Shown here piece by piece: positions 30,860-40,459 of a stretch of 64,000 nt of DNA. Position 1 is the stretch's first letter. Each line of letters opens with the position of its first letter. The stretch lies in contig CAYQOU010000002.1 of the NCBI GenBank assembly GCA_964419255.1, forward strand, positions 44,892 through 108,891. Direction: 5' to 3'. The DNA comes from an uncultured Fibrobacterota bacterium (GTDB lineage: Bacteria > Fibrobacterota > Chitinivibrionia > Chitinivibrionales > CAYFVL01). The position numbers were made by a program, and so were the translations under genes. Below the pieces are notes generated by a model that worked only from the letters and a program-made list of their open reading frames with translations, had not been told where the DNA came from and made no database searches.

Positions 30860-31657
30860 TTAACCCCTTAGTTTAGCGATTGATATGTTTGGAAAATCCG
30901 CGGATCGCGCAGCATCCATTATCTGCACAATTTTATCGAACATCACCTCATTTTCAGCAGCAATGATGATGTCTTCCCCATCATCTGCATCCTTAAACCG
31001 CTCTTTTACCTTCATTAAACGGTTTTTCAGCTCATCATAGGCTGATAGAGGCTTCTTCACATATTCCGCAGGATTTCTGACCAGGATCATACGTCTCGGA
31101 TTAGTCAACGCGTAAACAGTATCTCCGACACTGATTTTTTCTATCGGATTTCCTTCTTCATCGTATAACGCTTCACCAAGTTTGGTATAATAGGTTTTCT
31201 TTACCTCCGAAAAATCATCGTTGGTAACATAAAGAAAGATATCATACCTCTCGTGAATAGTCATCGGACGATTAGTCTTGGGATGAAGAACCGGATCCTT
31301 CGACTTTGGATCGAACTTTACCGTAAATTCGGTATGGTCGTCCTTGGCTACATACTTGTGATATTCCTGATAAAAAATACTCGGCAAAAATCCGCCTTTT
31401 GCTCCTAAAGTAACAACCGAGTCTGTTACAACCGCAGTAAGAAGCAGTTTTTCTTCTTCTTCCTTCTGCGGAGGTTTTTTCACGGCCTTATCCGTTTGAG
31501 ATCCTCGAGCTTCAGGTAGCTTTATATCAATGACCGCGATTTTGGCGAACTCGGCCGAAAGGAGGAGCATAGGAATCAATACCACCATGAGATTCATGAA
31601 TGGCTTGAGATCCATTTCTTCCTCTACCCACTCCTTCTTTCTAATTTTTGATGCCAT
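30860..31657 (-). CDS. ExbD/TolR family protein (AglQ-like) with a large periplasmic insertion
   Basis: MDLKPFMNLMVVLIPMLL TM; C-terminal IIIAAENEVMFDKIVQIMDAAR. Confidence 0.85.
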   Translation of the reverse strand: MASKIRKKEWVEEEMDLKPFMNLMVVLIPMLLLSAEFAKIAVIDIKLPEARGSQTDKAVKKPPQKEEEEKLLLTAVVTDSVVTLGAKGGFLPSIFYQEYHKYVAKDDHTEFTVKFDPKSKDPVLHPKTNRPMTIHERYDIFLYVTNDDFSEVKKTYYTKLGEALYDEEGNPIEKISVGDTVYALTNPRRMILVRNPAEYVKKPLSAYDELKNRLMKVKERFKDADDGEDIIIAAENEVMFDKIVQIMDAARSADFPNISIAKLRG

Positions 31658-31690
31658 CGTTCGATTCCTTACAATTAAAGGTTTTCGCGA

Positions 31691-32320
31691 TTATTCTTCA
31701 ACGAGGTTAATCAACTTCGCTGTTTTTTCGTCCATTTCCTCAACAATCTTATCAGATTTCTGAGACAAAAGTCCCTGACAAAGAATACTGGGTATGGCAA
31801 CCAAAAGACCAAACAGTGTCGTGGACATAGCAACGGAAATACCGGTTGCCAGAGCCTGAGCACGCTGAGCCGCAGGTACGTTAGCAATAGCATCGAACGC
31901 CATCATAAGTCCAAAAATTGTTCCGGTCAGTCCCAACAAAGTTGAAAGGTTAGCCAGAGTATTGAGAATGGAGATGTTCTTTGTTATTGAGGGAGTTTCA
32001 GCCAGAAAAACCTCATCCACTGCCTTCTGCACCTGACGTGAACTCTTACCACGATTTTTCAGGATAGCAGTAACACCCTTGGCAAGAGGAGTACCCACAG
32101 AAGAGGAGTACTTTATCGCCTTTTCGTAGTCGCCTGCTTTTAAATACTTGCTTATCCCGGCCATAAAAGATCCACTGCTGGTTCCGCACTTGAAGAACAG
32201 GAACCAGACACGTTCCAACACAAGACCCAGATTAGCAAAACCGATTAACAGAATAGCCCACATCGTGAAACTTCCTGGAGATGTAAAACCGTCAACGAGA
32301 AACTTGAACAGCTGTTGCAT
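31691..32320 (-). CDS. MotA/TolQ/ExbB proton-channel protein (AglR-like)
   Basis: LGLTGTIFGL and GISVAMSTTLFGLLVAIP; three TM helices. Confidence 0.93.
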   Translation of the reverse strand: MQQLFKFLVDGFTSPGSFTMWAILLIGFANLGLVLERVWFLFFKCGTSSGSFMAGISKYLKAGDYEKAIKYSSSVGTPLAKGVTAILKNRGKSSRQVQKAVDEVFLAETPSITKNISILNTLANLSTLLGLTGTIFGLMMAFDAIANVPAAQRAQALATGISVAMSTTLFGLLVAIPSILCQGLLSQKSDKIVEEMDEKTAKLINLVEE

Positions 32321-32512
32321 CTTCTACCCCTTTCGTTCATAAAAACGTTTAAGCTTGGTGATCCGTTACATTTTTTTGAATTATTGATTTTTTTTAGAGT
32401 GAATCATCCACTCATTTTGTAGCTAAAAGAAGTTTTCCGGTTCTTTACTTTTTAAAAATCTCCTTCCTTCTTACCTTTTTTACCCATATTGTACGATAAC
32501 ATCAGCACTCAA

Positions 32513-35500
32513 TTAGTTTCCAGCAGCAAGATTTTCCTTCTTTTCCTTAAGTTCGCTTAGCTTCTCTTGCTCCTTGCGGATTTCACGAAGTGCGTCTGCT
32601 TCTATACTTCTAAGTTGCGTCAGTTTATCTTCAAGCGGAATGTTCAACTGAACGATTTCCTGAATACGAGCCAGGTTTCTGTTCAAACGCTCATCTATAA
32701 AACCGTGCTTTTGCTCCTCCTGCTGACCTTCAGCAACCTGCTGAACAGGTTCGACAGTCTCGACATCTAAAGCTTCAGATCCGGGATTGATATACTGCAC
32801 ACGCTCTTCTATTTTCGCCAGCCACTTATTGTCTGAAATCCCCAGCTCAGCAGCGGCATATAGACCTTCTTCATATTTGGGCAAAGATGCATCAACCGCT
32901 TCGAGCTGCTTTTCTTCCAGCACCTGACGATATGCCTCCTGCTCCTCCGGGGAAAGCCCGGGAGGTATCGGTGCGCTGACAAATATTCTTCCGATTTCCT
33001 CAAAAAGATCACCCTTGCGGAAAGCCATTTCCATAAACTTATCGGTGGCTTTTTCGGTCCATTCATTCTTAAGGTTCTGCTTGTTTGATGTTTCAACTAC
33101 CCAGCGAAATTTCTCCTGCGCCTTAACATAAAACTTCTCCAGCCCCGAAACGATCTTGATCTTGGACGCGACCTGCTGATCTTTACTTCCGAAAAGAGTC
33201 TGATTCCTGAAACTGTGAGCCATATCAAAGAAACTCTTACCGATCATATAGGTCGAGCGAAGAGTCCACTCGCCCACACCAAGTTCGATGGCATTTGCAT
33301 AATACTTAAGTACCGGCTCAAGCGCCTTTGTCTTCTCCTTAAGCCTTTGCTGAACCTGTTGTTCCGAACTCCCCGACAATTCGATGTCGGAAAACCGCTT
33401 ATGCTTTGCCTCACCCATAATGTAATATGCACGAGAAACTGCCGCTATATCTATAGCAGCCTTCTTCTTAAACTTTTCGTACACATCGATAGCTGTCTGG
33501 GCATTCTTCTCGGTTTGCGCAATATCATCCATCTTATAGAATGCTTCAGCCGCACGTACAAGCGCCATGACCTGCTTTGAGCGATCATCCGGAAACTTCT
33601 CGGCATACCGTGAGAATGCATCCGCCATCTCACCAGGCTTTTCCATCTTCTCATAGCAAAATCCAATGGAATAATACCCTTCGGCAGCGTACTCATCTTC
33701 CGGATATTTTTCAGCCAAGACCGTATATGCCCGTATCGCATCCTCATAGAGATCACCTTTTTCGTAAATCAGACCTGCATTGTATAATGCCTGGGGTGTT
33801 CTTTTATCCTGAGGATACTTTTTGGCAACCAATTCATTAACCTGTCCGGCTTTTTCGTACAGATCCACCTTCTGGTAGGCATCGGAGGCGGCAGACAAAC
33901 TGGGAATAGCATAGTCGGCCTCAGGGACCTTGTTTGCGGCGAGTTCATATATCTTACCGGCATCCTCGAAACGTTCAAGCTTCTTGTAATTTTCCGCCGA
34001 TCGAACATAGGCCTTTTCCCGCAAATCAGATTTGGGGAATTTATCGCCCAGTTCAGAAAACACCTCCGCCGCTTTAGCCAAGTCTTTCGCCTCTTCATAG
34101 CTGGTGGCTGCCTCAAACCACGCCCGATCTGCCACTTTACTCTTCGGATACTTCATCTGCACAGTCTTATACACCTCCGCTGCGCCGGGCAGGTCACCAC
34201 TTTTCTTAAGTTCGGTTGCTTTCTTGAAAATTGCACCCGCGGCAAGATCCAGTATTTCCTGGTACTCTTTACTTTCTGGCTTTTCCTTTTCAAGCAACTT
34301 GTTATAACTTCCCAACGCCATTTCGTAGTTACCCGAACTTGCGTAGCTGTTAGCTAACATACGCAAAGATTTGGGCCCGAATTCAGAGTTGGGATAGCGG
34401 TCGACGATCTTTTTGAACTCTGTTATCGCCGCATCATAAGCCTTGGCCGCATAGTGGACGTTGGCGGCAAGATACAAAACTTCAGCAGACGTTTCCGAAT
34501 TTGGGAAGCGTTGCTGATAGGTTTGTATATAGGAGAGAAATTTCTGAGTCGCCGAGGTGTTGTATGCAGCAGAATCGCTCAACCCATCTTTTGCCTGCTC
34601 CTTCTTACGAAGATTATCGTATGCGACTATAGCATTATATCCTGCATCCTCCTGAGAGACGGCCACACCCTTTTTTCCACCTTCCTTAAGAACGCGTTCT
34701 TTTTCCTCTTCGTCAAGCATCATGGTATCCAGTTCCACTTCGTACTTCGGATAGGTGGAAAGGTCCTGACGTGCAACATAATCATACGCTTCGGCGGCAT
34801 CCTCATACTGTCCAAGCATATTGTAGATTTCAGCTACATTGTACTTAAACTCATATACCTTCCATTTGTCGTCAGGAAATTTGGTAAAGTATTCGGTGTA
34901 GCGAGTGAGTGCTTTCTGATACAGATCTTTTTTCTTTGTTTTCTGAGCATCTGCATGGTAATGAACAGGTATCTGAGCAAGCGCTTTGCGCACCTCTTCC
35001 TTAGCTTTGGCTATCGCCGGCTTGTCATCAGAGTTGTTCTGGGCCCACTGAGAATCTTCCCAGTAATTGTCGACCAGATTTTCTCTTTCGACATTTGCTT
35101 CGTCATACTTTTTCTTGATCACCAGAGCGGCCACCAGCATCTGCTGAGCAGTTGGAGCATCTTTATAGAGCGGAAACGAGCGTATTGCGGAACGCAAAGA
35201 CTTTAAAGCATCGTCGTATTGGCCGTGGTTGTAGTTTTTCATACCCACTGTATACAAGACATAGGCCTGATATGGCTTGCTGCCGACGCGATCGAAGAAA
35301 TCCAGAGCTTTCTGTGCGCCGTCGGGCATGTCGGAAAAGCAGATCCCCAGAAACTCCAGCGCTTCATCGCGAAGATCTTTTTTGACGTATGTACCGTTAT
35401 CGCAGTTGTCGATGTACTTATAAAACAGCTCAGCCGCCTTATCAAACTCGGCCCGGTTGTAGTAAATTTCCGCTTTACGATAGTGCGCCATTTCCTGCAC

Positions 35501-36202
35501 TTCGATGTTGACCTCACCCATATTGATCTTCTCTATATGTTTCAGAGCACAGGTGAAATCACGATCCATGAAACAGAACTCGGCCAGTCGAAAGTGGGCT
35601 GCAGAAGCACGAATACTTCTAGGCCATCTTTTGACGATCTCCTGAAACGCATCTTTTGAACCACCCAACTCGCCCTGAAGCATCAGGATAGCGCCTATCT
35701 GGTAGTATCCTTCATCGGCTTTCTCAAAGTCGGGATACTGCTCGACGCTGGCGCGGTAAAATTCCAGAGGCTTGCTGTAGTCGGGAACCGGGTTTACCGG
35801 CTCAGGCCCCGAGGGGTTTCGTTCCCATCGGTCCATGTCTTTGTTATATTTCTCCTGAGCCTGGATGTAGTCGTCTCGAGCCTGATCGTAGTACAACTTG
35901 GACAAGGTGTACATAACATCGGCGCACCGCATGCTCTTTTTGCCCTGACATCCCTGATACAGCTTCTCGAAACGATCGATTGTTACGCTGATAGACTGCT
36001 TGGGAGCGGCATTTTTATTTATTTTTTCCTGGGCCTTCTTCTGTATAACAGCTTTCTTCTTTTTTAATCTCTCGATTTTCCGAAGCAGCTCTTCCCTCTT
36101 TTTGTTTGCATCCGCTCCGTTGACATCACTGACTACGCTAATTTGGAAACAGAATGCCGCCATCAGCAAACCGAATCCTAAAGACTTCATGGACCGTCGC
36201 AT
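32513..36202 (-). CDS. Large exported TPR protein (GltD/AgmU-like)
   Basis: Signal peptide; many TPR_6/BamD-like repeats (YPxS/FPxS turns); PPGLSPEEQEAYRQVLEE motif near the C-terminus. Confidence 0.85.
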   Translation of the reverse strand: MRRSMKSLGFGLLMAAFCFQISVVSDVNGADANKKREELLRKIERLKKKKAVIQKKAQEKINKNAAPKQSISVTIDRFEKLYQGCQGKKSMRCADVMYTLSKLYYDQARDDYIQAQEKYNKDMDRWERNPSGPEPVNPVPDYSKPLEFYRASVEQYPDFEKADEGYYQIGAILMLQGELGGSKDAFQEIVKRWPRSIRASAAHFRLAEFCFMDRDFTCALKHIEKINMGEVNIEVQEMAHYRKAEIYYNRAEFDKAAELFYKYIDNCDNGTYVKKDLRDEALEFLGICFSDMPDGAQKALDFFDRVGSKPYQAYVLYTVGMKNYNHGQYDDALKSLRSAIRSFPLYKDAPTAQQMLVAALVIKKKYDEANVERENLVDNYWEDSQWAQNNSDDKPAIAKAKEEVRKALAQIPVHYHADAQKTKKKDLYQKALTRYTEYFTKFPDDKWKVYEFKYNVAEIYNMLGQYEDAAEAYDYVARQDLSTYPKYEVELDTMMLDEEEKERVLKEGGKKGVAVSQEDAGYNAIVAYDNLRKKEQAKDGLSDSAAYNTSATQKFLSYIQTYQQRFPNSETSAEVLYLAANVHYAAKAYDAAITEFKKIVDRYPNSEFGPKSLRMLANSYASSGNYEMALGSYNKLLEKEKPESKEYQEILDLAAGAIFKKATELKKSGDLPGAAEVYKTVQMKYPKSKVADRAWFEAATSYEEAKDLAKAAEVFSELGDKFPKSDLREKAYVRSAENYKKLERFEDAGKIYELAANKVPEADYAIPSLSAASDAYQKVDLYEKAGQVNELVAKKYPQDKRTPQALYNAGLIYEKGDLYEDAIRAYTVLAEKYPEDEYAAEGYYSIGFCYEKMEKPGEMADAFSRYAEKFPDDRSKQVMALVRAAEAFYKMDDIAQTEKNAQTAIDVYEKFKKKAAIDIAAVSRAYYIMGEAKHKRFSDIELSGSSEQQVQQRLKEKTKALEPVLKYYANAIELGVGEWTLRSTYMIGKSFFDMAHSFRNQTLFGSKDQQVASKIKIVSGLEKFYVKAQEKFRWVVETSNKQNLKNEWTEKATDKFMEMAFRKGDLFEEIGRIFVSAPIPPGLSPEEQEAYRQVLEEKQLEAVDASLPKYEEGLYAAAELGISDNKWLAKIEERVQYINPGSEALDVETVEPVQQVAEGQQEEQKHGFIDERLNRNLARIQEIVQLNIPLEDKLTQLRSIEADALREIRKEQEKLSELKEKKENLAAGN

Positions 36203-36272
36203 TAGTCTTTTCTCCCTTTTTTGTTTTAGACCCCAAATGTGTTTTTAACCCACCTTAAAGCACTTTCATCCG

Positions 36273-38639
36273 TCACTCAGTACTCTGTTCCAATTCGCGC
36301 CTCAGGCGTTCAATCTCTTCATCAAGTTTTTCCTGCTTCTCACGTTCTTTTTCAATGAGCTGCTGTTCGCGTTGGCCGCCAACCATCTTGACAGCCTTTG
36401 CCAACGCATACTCCGCATCACTGATAATCTGTTCCTTGCGTCGGAAAAACTCTTTGTTCTCTTCAACTAACAGCTTGAAATTAAAATAACTTTTTGACTC
36501 CTGTGAGAATTCGTCAAAATGAATCTTCAAGTTTTCACGCTCGGCAATAGTTGCATCACTAGGCCTTCGTAGAGCGTTTTTCTTGATATCCTGAGAAATC
36601 GGAGCGAACTCTCTGAGGTAGCCCTGAAATCTCTTTGTCTGATACTCCAGATCATCCACATCCGCATAATCATTCTTGGCAGCATCAAGGCAGATTTCAA
36701 GAGCGTCGATAGCTTCCTGATTGCGTCCCTGCAGCATAAGAGAATAGCCAAGAACAAGATACCCCTCCGGTATAAGCGCAGACTCCGAATGAGCACTCAT
36801 CATACGCTGAATCGTTTTCATCGCCTCCTCCGGACGATTAACCTTTATCCAGGACCATGCAACCCCCAGAAGCGCTTCATCTCCATACGGTGAGCCTTCG
36901 GGTACATTGCTGAAAGCTTCAACGGCTTTCCTTAATTCGACCTGCTCAAAATAAAGCTGACCCAGCTTGTTATTTGCGGCATCCAGCAACAATAATTCGG
37001 CCTGATCGGTGGTCGTGTCCTTCACAATATTTGTGAGGTTTCGTACCGCTGCGTTAGTTTTGTCGTTTTCGATATTTATAATCGACAAGGTATACTGGGC
37101 ATACAAATACGTTGGTGCGTCCGGCTTGATTCGTCCGAGGAACTGCTCAGCGGCATTATAGTTTTTTCTCTGGAAGTGAATTTCTCCCGCCAGATAATCA
37201 GCATCGGGAATGATTTCACTTTCTGGATATAGATTTGTTATAAATGCATGATTTTTCAAGGCATCCTCAAACTTGCCCTCGCGGTAATCCAGATTCTGAA
37301 TACCGTATAACATCTTGGGACGAACATCGGAGGTTGTATACTCGGCCAAGCCCTCTTTGTATATTTCCCGCGCGATATCGTTCATATCCAGGAAACGATA
37401 ACAGTTTCCGAGGTAAAGTGTAGCCATATCGTTGAGGTGGAAATTGGGGAAAAGTGAAAGGACTTTCCCGAAAGCAAAGGATGCTTCCCAGTACTTACCA
37501 GCCAAATACAACCGCATTGCCTCATTGTACGCATTCATCGGCGCAAGAATCAGACGATCATACAATCGCTTCGATTCCCGCTGCTCCCTGGTTGGACCGA
37601 AATCGGTACCCAACTTCACCATCATGGTCAAACCACGCTCTGTTTCATTAATACTGTAGCCAATATGGGCATCGAAGTTTACATAATTGATCATTTCCGG
37701 TAAAGGGTATATAAGATTAAGGTTAAATCCCGCATATGGTATGTTATTGTTGGCCCATCCGCATTTGACCCACACCTGCGGAATAAACTCCATCTTAAAA
37801 TGCGCACTGAAACGAGGGACTTTCTTTAAGATGCTCCCATCTGTTAAATCGTCAAATTCACCCTCATCGATGCGCGATTTCCACATATCCACGAAAGCAT
37901 TGTCAAGCACAAATTCACAGTTGGCGATAAGACGGTCGTTGAGCCAGGCGTATCTCAGACCCGCCCTCATACGAGTGGTGGTCTGCTGGCGCTCGGTGCC
38001 ACTTTCGGTATCCCACTCCAACATGGCCGGAACAATATCCTGTAGACTGATAGAAACACCCAGATCTCCGAAACGATAATGATCCAGAGGGTTAAAGTAG
38101 GCACCGACATCCAGCCCAAAGCCCCATCGACTGTCCGAATTGAACTGATTTTGTCGCAACACCTTCGGGTTTGCCCCAATCATAAACCAGGGTAACAATC
38201 TCACGCCATAATGACCGACAAACCAGATATCGCCATAGCGAAGAATGTCACCGGGCACCAGACCACTTCCCCCCTGGCCGACCTCCATCTGATCTATAGA
38301 ACTACCGGTTCCAATAACGGTAAGCCCAGCGGTCTGATTTAAACGGATAGGGGTAAGAAATGAAAACTGCTGATACCCCAGATTGTCATCCAGATCCAAA
38401 TCCCATCGATACAACCCTCCACCCAGATAGAATTGATCCACCCGGTAGGTGAGAGCTGGATTAATCATAGCAGATGTGAAATCTGATATATCCTGTATGT
38501 AATCCGCTTGAAAGTATGGTGCGGAATAGCCTCCATTGGGGGTAAGTGCATGAGCAGAGGATATTATGCACCCCAGGGAGAGGAGACACAGCATGGGAAA
38601 GCGCATCGCGCTACGATATGTATTCTGAACTGATCTCAT
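36273..38639 (-). CDS. PorV/FadL-like beta-barrel fused to C-terminal TPR repeats
   Basis: Signal peptide; D..SAMINPA motif and amphipathic strands (~aa 30-350); then TPR repeats and a coiled-coil tail. Confidence 0.75.
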   Translation of the reverse strand: MRSVQNTYRSAMRFPMLCLLSLGCIISSAHALTPNGGYSAPYFQADYIQDISDFTSAMINPALTYRVDQFYLGGGLYRWDLDLDDNLGYQQFSFLTPIRLNQTAGLTVIGTGSSIDQMEVGQGGSGLVPGDILRYGDIWFVGHYGVRLLPWFMIGANPKVLRQNQFNSDSRWGFGLDVGAYFNPLDHYRFGDLGVSISLQDIVPAMLEWDTESGTERQQTTTRMRAGLRYAWLNDRLIANCEFVLDNAFVDMWKSRIDEGEFDDLTDGSILKKVPRFSAHFKMEFIPQVWVKCGWANNNIPYAGFNLNLIYPLPEMINYVNFDAHIGYSINETERGLTMMVKLGTDFGPTREQRESKRLYDRLILAPMNAYNEAMRLYLAGKYWEASFAFGKVLSLFPNFHLNDMATLYLGNCYRFLDMNDIAREIYKEGLAEYTTSDVRPKMLYGIQNLDYREGKFEDALKNHAFITNLYPESEIIPDADYLAGEIHFQRKNYNAAEQFLGRIKPDAPTYLYAQYTLSIINIENDKTNAAVRNLTNIVKDTTTDQAELLLLDAANNKLGQLYFEQVELRKAVEAFSNVPEGSPYGDEALLGVAWSWIKVNRPEEAMKTIQRMMSAHSESALIPEGYLVLGYSLMLQGRNQEAIDALEICLDAAKNDYADVDDLEYQTKRFQGYLREFAPISQDIKKNALRRPSDATIAERENLKIHFDEFSQESKSYFNFKLLVEENKEFFRRKEQIISDAEYALAKAVKMVGGQREQQLIEKEREKQEKLDEEIERLRRELEQSTE

Positions 38640-38678
38640 TATTGTTGCCTTTACCTGTTTTGCAGGTGCTGTTAAGTA

Positions 38679-40175
38679 CTACTTGATCGGAACCACTTCA
38701 ACACGTCGGTTCTTTGCACGTCCATCAGCTGAATTATTCGAAGCAATCGGCTTTGTCTCTCCATATCCCCGTGCAATCAAGCGTCCCTGACCGATACCGC
38801 GCATGACCAAATAATTCATTACCGTTTTTGCCCTGTCGTAGGAGAGGGCCATGTTATATTTATCGCTTCCCTGACTGTCGGTGTGCCCGGCGATTTCGAC
38901 TTTCACATGAGGATAAGCCTCAAGGCTGTTATAGACTCGCTCGAGTACATAGTAAGATTCTTCGAGAAGCTCAGCGGAAGCGGTCTTGAAATTGACACCT
39001 TTGAGAATCAGAGCCTGTTTAATCTCCTGTGGTTTCTCATCCGGACAGCCATCCTGATCTTTATAGCCGTTTACCGTCTCGGGATTATTCGGGCAACCAT
39101 CCTGAGCATCCGGAATACCATCTTTATCGTTATCGAGGTCGGGACAACCGTCTTCGTCCTGGAAACCGTCACGATCTTCGGGAGTGTTGGGACACTCGTC
39201 CTGAGTATCGTATATGCCGTCTTTATCGTTATCGAAATCGGGACAACCGTCTTCGTCCTCAAATCCATCGTTGTCCTCAGCAACTTCGGGACATTGATCG
39301 ATATCATCGGGAATACCGTCACCATCCTGATCCGTACTCAGCTCCTCAACCATTTGCTGAGAGATCAGACCAATATCCGTACCGTTTTCCCCCTTACCCT
39401 TGAGATAAGAGATACTTTCCAGAAAGTAATTATACTCGGGATGACCGGCAGAGATAAAGATCGGATCTTTAGAAATATTGGTCTGATTTACAACCGCACC
39501 GGCATTGAAGGGAAGACGATTGTTGTAAATATTATTATGTATGATACGAGTTCTTTTTGCTCCCGGAGCGATATAAATACCATACTGCTTGTTGCGGAAC
39601 ATGATATTGTTGCGAACAAGAACCTCCGTGCGATGGGCAGCAAAGATTCCGCAGTAGCCGTTTTCCAGAATAACATTGTGGTCTATGGCGGTACGTGTCC
39701 CCCGAACGGATTCCAGAAAGATGCCGGTCCATTCGTTGCGGTAGATAACATTGTTTTTGATATCTGGCAGAGAGATCAACGCGTGAATACCGGCACCTTT
39801 GTTATCTACGATCAGGTTTCGTTCGATGACCGGCCGGGTGTTCTTACACAGTATACCGGTTGTTCCGTTTCTGATGTTAAAGTTGGCGATAACCGCGCCA
39901 TCCGCGCCTATGATACACGGGCCTTTTCGCTGTCCGTCGATAATGGTTTTGTTTTTATCCTGCCCGAGTAAAACCACGTTATCGGTCAGTGCGATATTCT
40001 CTTTATACACACCATTGACAACATAGACCGTGTCACCTTCATTCGCCTCACCAAGCGCAATATGAATATTGGGGAAGTCGTGAGGAACCACCAGTTTTCT
40101 TCCGGCATCTGCTTTAGGCGCCCAAAACAAAACAACGCCTAACAATAATAGTAAAGGTAATGATCGTGTGGACAT
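38679..40175 (-). CDS. OmpA-family protein: right-handed beta-helix + TSP type-3 repeats + OmpA C-terminal domain
   Basis: Start MSTRSL at 40175; GDTVYV..GVYKE and NxIxxN..GI repeats; DxDxDG..D..DxCP repeats; IAGHTDS...LSYDRA...GYGE...NRRVE. Confidence 0.9.
   Translation of the reverse strand: MSTRSLPLLLLLGVVLFWAPKADAGRKLVVPHDFPNIHIALGEANEGDTVYVVNGVYKENIALTDNVVLLGQDKNKTIIDGQRKGPCIIGADGAVIANFNIRNGTTGILCKNTRPVIERNLIVDNKGAGIHALISLPDIKNNVIYRNEWTGIFLESVRGTRTAIDHNVILENGYCGIFAAHRTEVLVRNNIMFRNKQYGIYIAPGAKRTRIIHNNIYNNRLPFNAGAVVNQTNISKDPIFISAGHPEYNYFLESISYLKGKGENGTDIGLISQQMVEELSTDQDGDGIPDDIDQCPEVAEDNDGFEDEDGCPDFDNDKDGIYDTQDECPNTPEDRDGFQDEDGCPDLDNDKDGIPDAQDGCPNNPETVNGYKDQDGCPDEKPQEIKQALILKGVNFKTASAELLEESYYVLERVYNSLEAYPHVKVEIAGHTDSQGSDKYNMALSYDRAKTVMNYLVMRGIGQGRLIARGYGETKPIASNNSADGRAKNRRVEVVPIK
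39039..39332 (-). repeat. Three tandem ~99-bp coding repeats (TSP3 Ca2+-binding)
   Basis: 33-aa unit DxDxDGIxDxxDxCPxxxExxxGxxDxDGCPD; near-identical DNA blocks GGACAACCGTCTTCGTCCT. Confidence 0.85.
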
Positions 40176-40263
40176 AATCCCTGTTCTTATTAAGGGCTTA
40201 AATTTTAGAATTATGAATACAAATGAGCTCAGAGAAAGGGAGTACAAGTAAATGGCAGTTATG

Positions 40264-40292
40264 AAAATAACTTCATTGAAAAAGCATGTCAA
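40264..40292 (-). promoter_or_regulatory. Sigma70 promoter of the OmpA-TPR-Exb operon
   Basis: Minus strand TTGACA-17bp-TATTTT. Confidence 0.65.
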
Positions 40293-40369
40293 GTTCTGCT
40301 ACCTTTGGGTATGCCCCCCAGCTACCCCCTTATCCGGTCAGCCTTCTCTTAATTAAATTGCTGTGTTCT

Positions 40370-40459
40370 TTTAATCGCAAGCATTTTCTTGTCTCTGCGA
40401 TAAAAATAAGCAAAAAGGTTACGTTATCCACCTGCGCTTTATTGTTATCGCAACAATAA
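40370..40459. promoter_or_regulatory. Candidate regulator binding sites
   Basis: TTTAATCGCA-16-TGCGATAAAA inverted pair and TTATTGTT-ATCGC-AACAATAA palindrome. Confidence 0.4.

Noticed and set aside
28995-32320. Calling the cluster canonical Tol-Pal, or the TonB system for the phytase TBDR
   Set aside because: No tolB or pal, two dissimilar ExbDs, an AgmX/GltG-type C-terminus, and the TBDR lies 27 kb away; such a link cannot be supported from sequence.
38883-39971. 362-aa plus-strand ORF, and similar long antisense ORFs (58738-59829, 46348-47178, 34454-35206, 48323-48952, 54663-55298)
   Set aside because: Shadow frames opposite well-supported genes, with no recognisable motifs.
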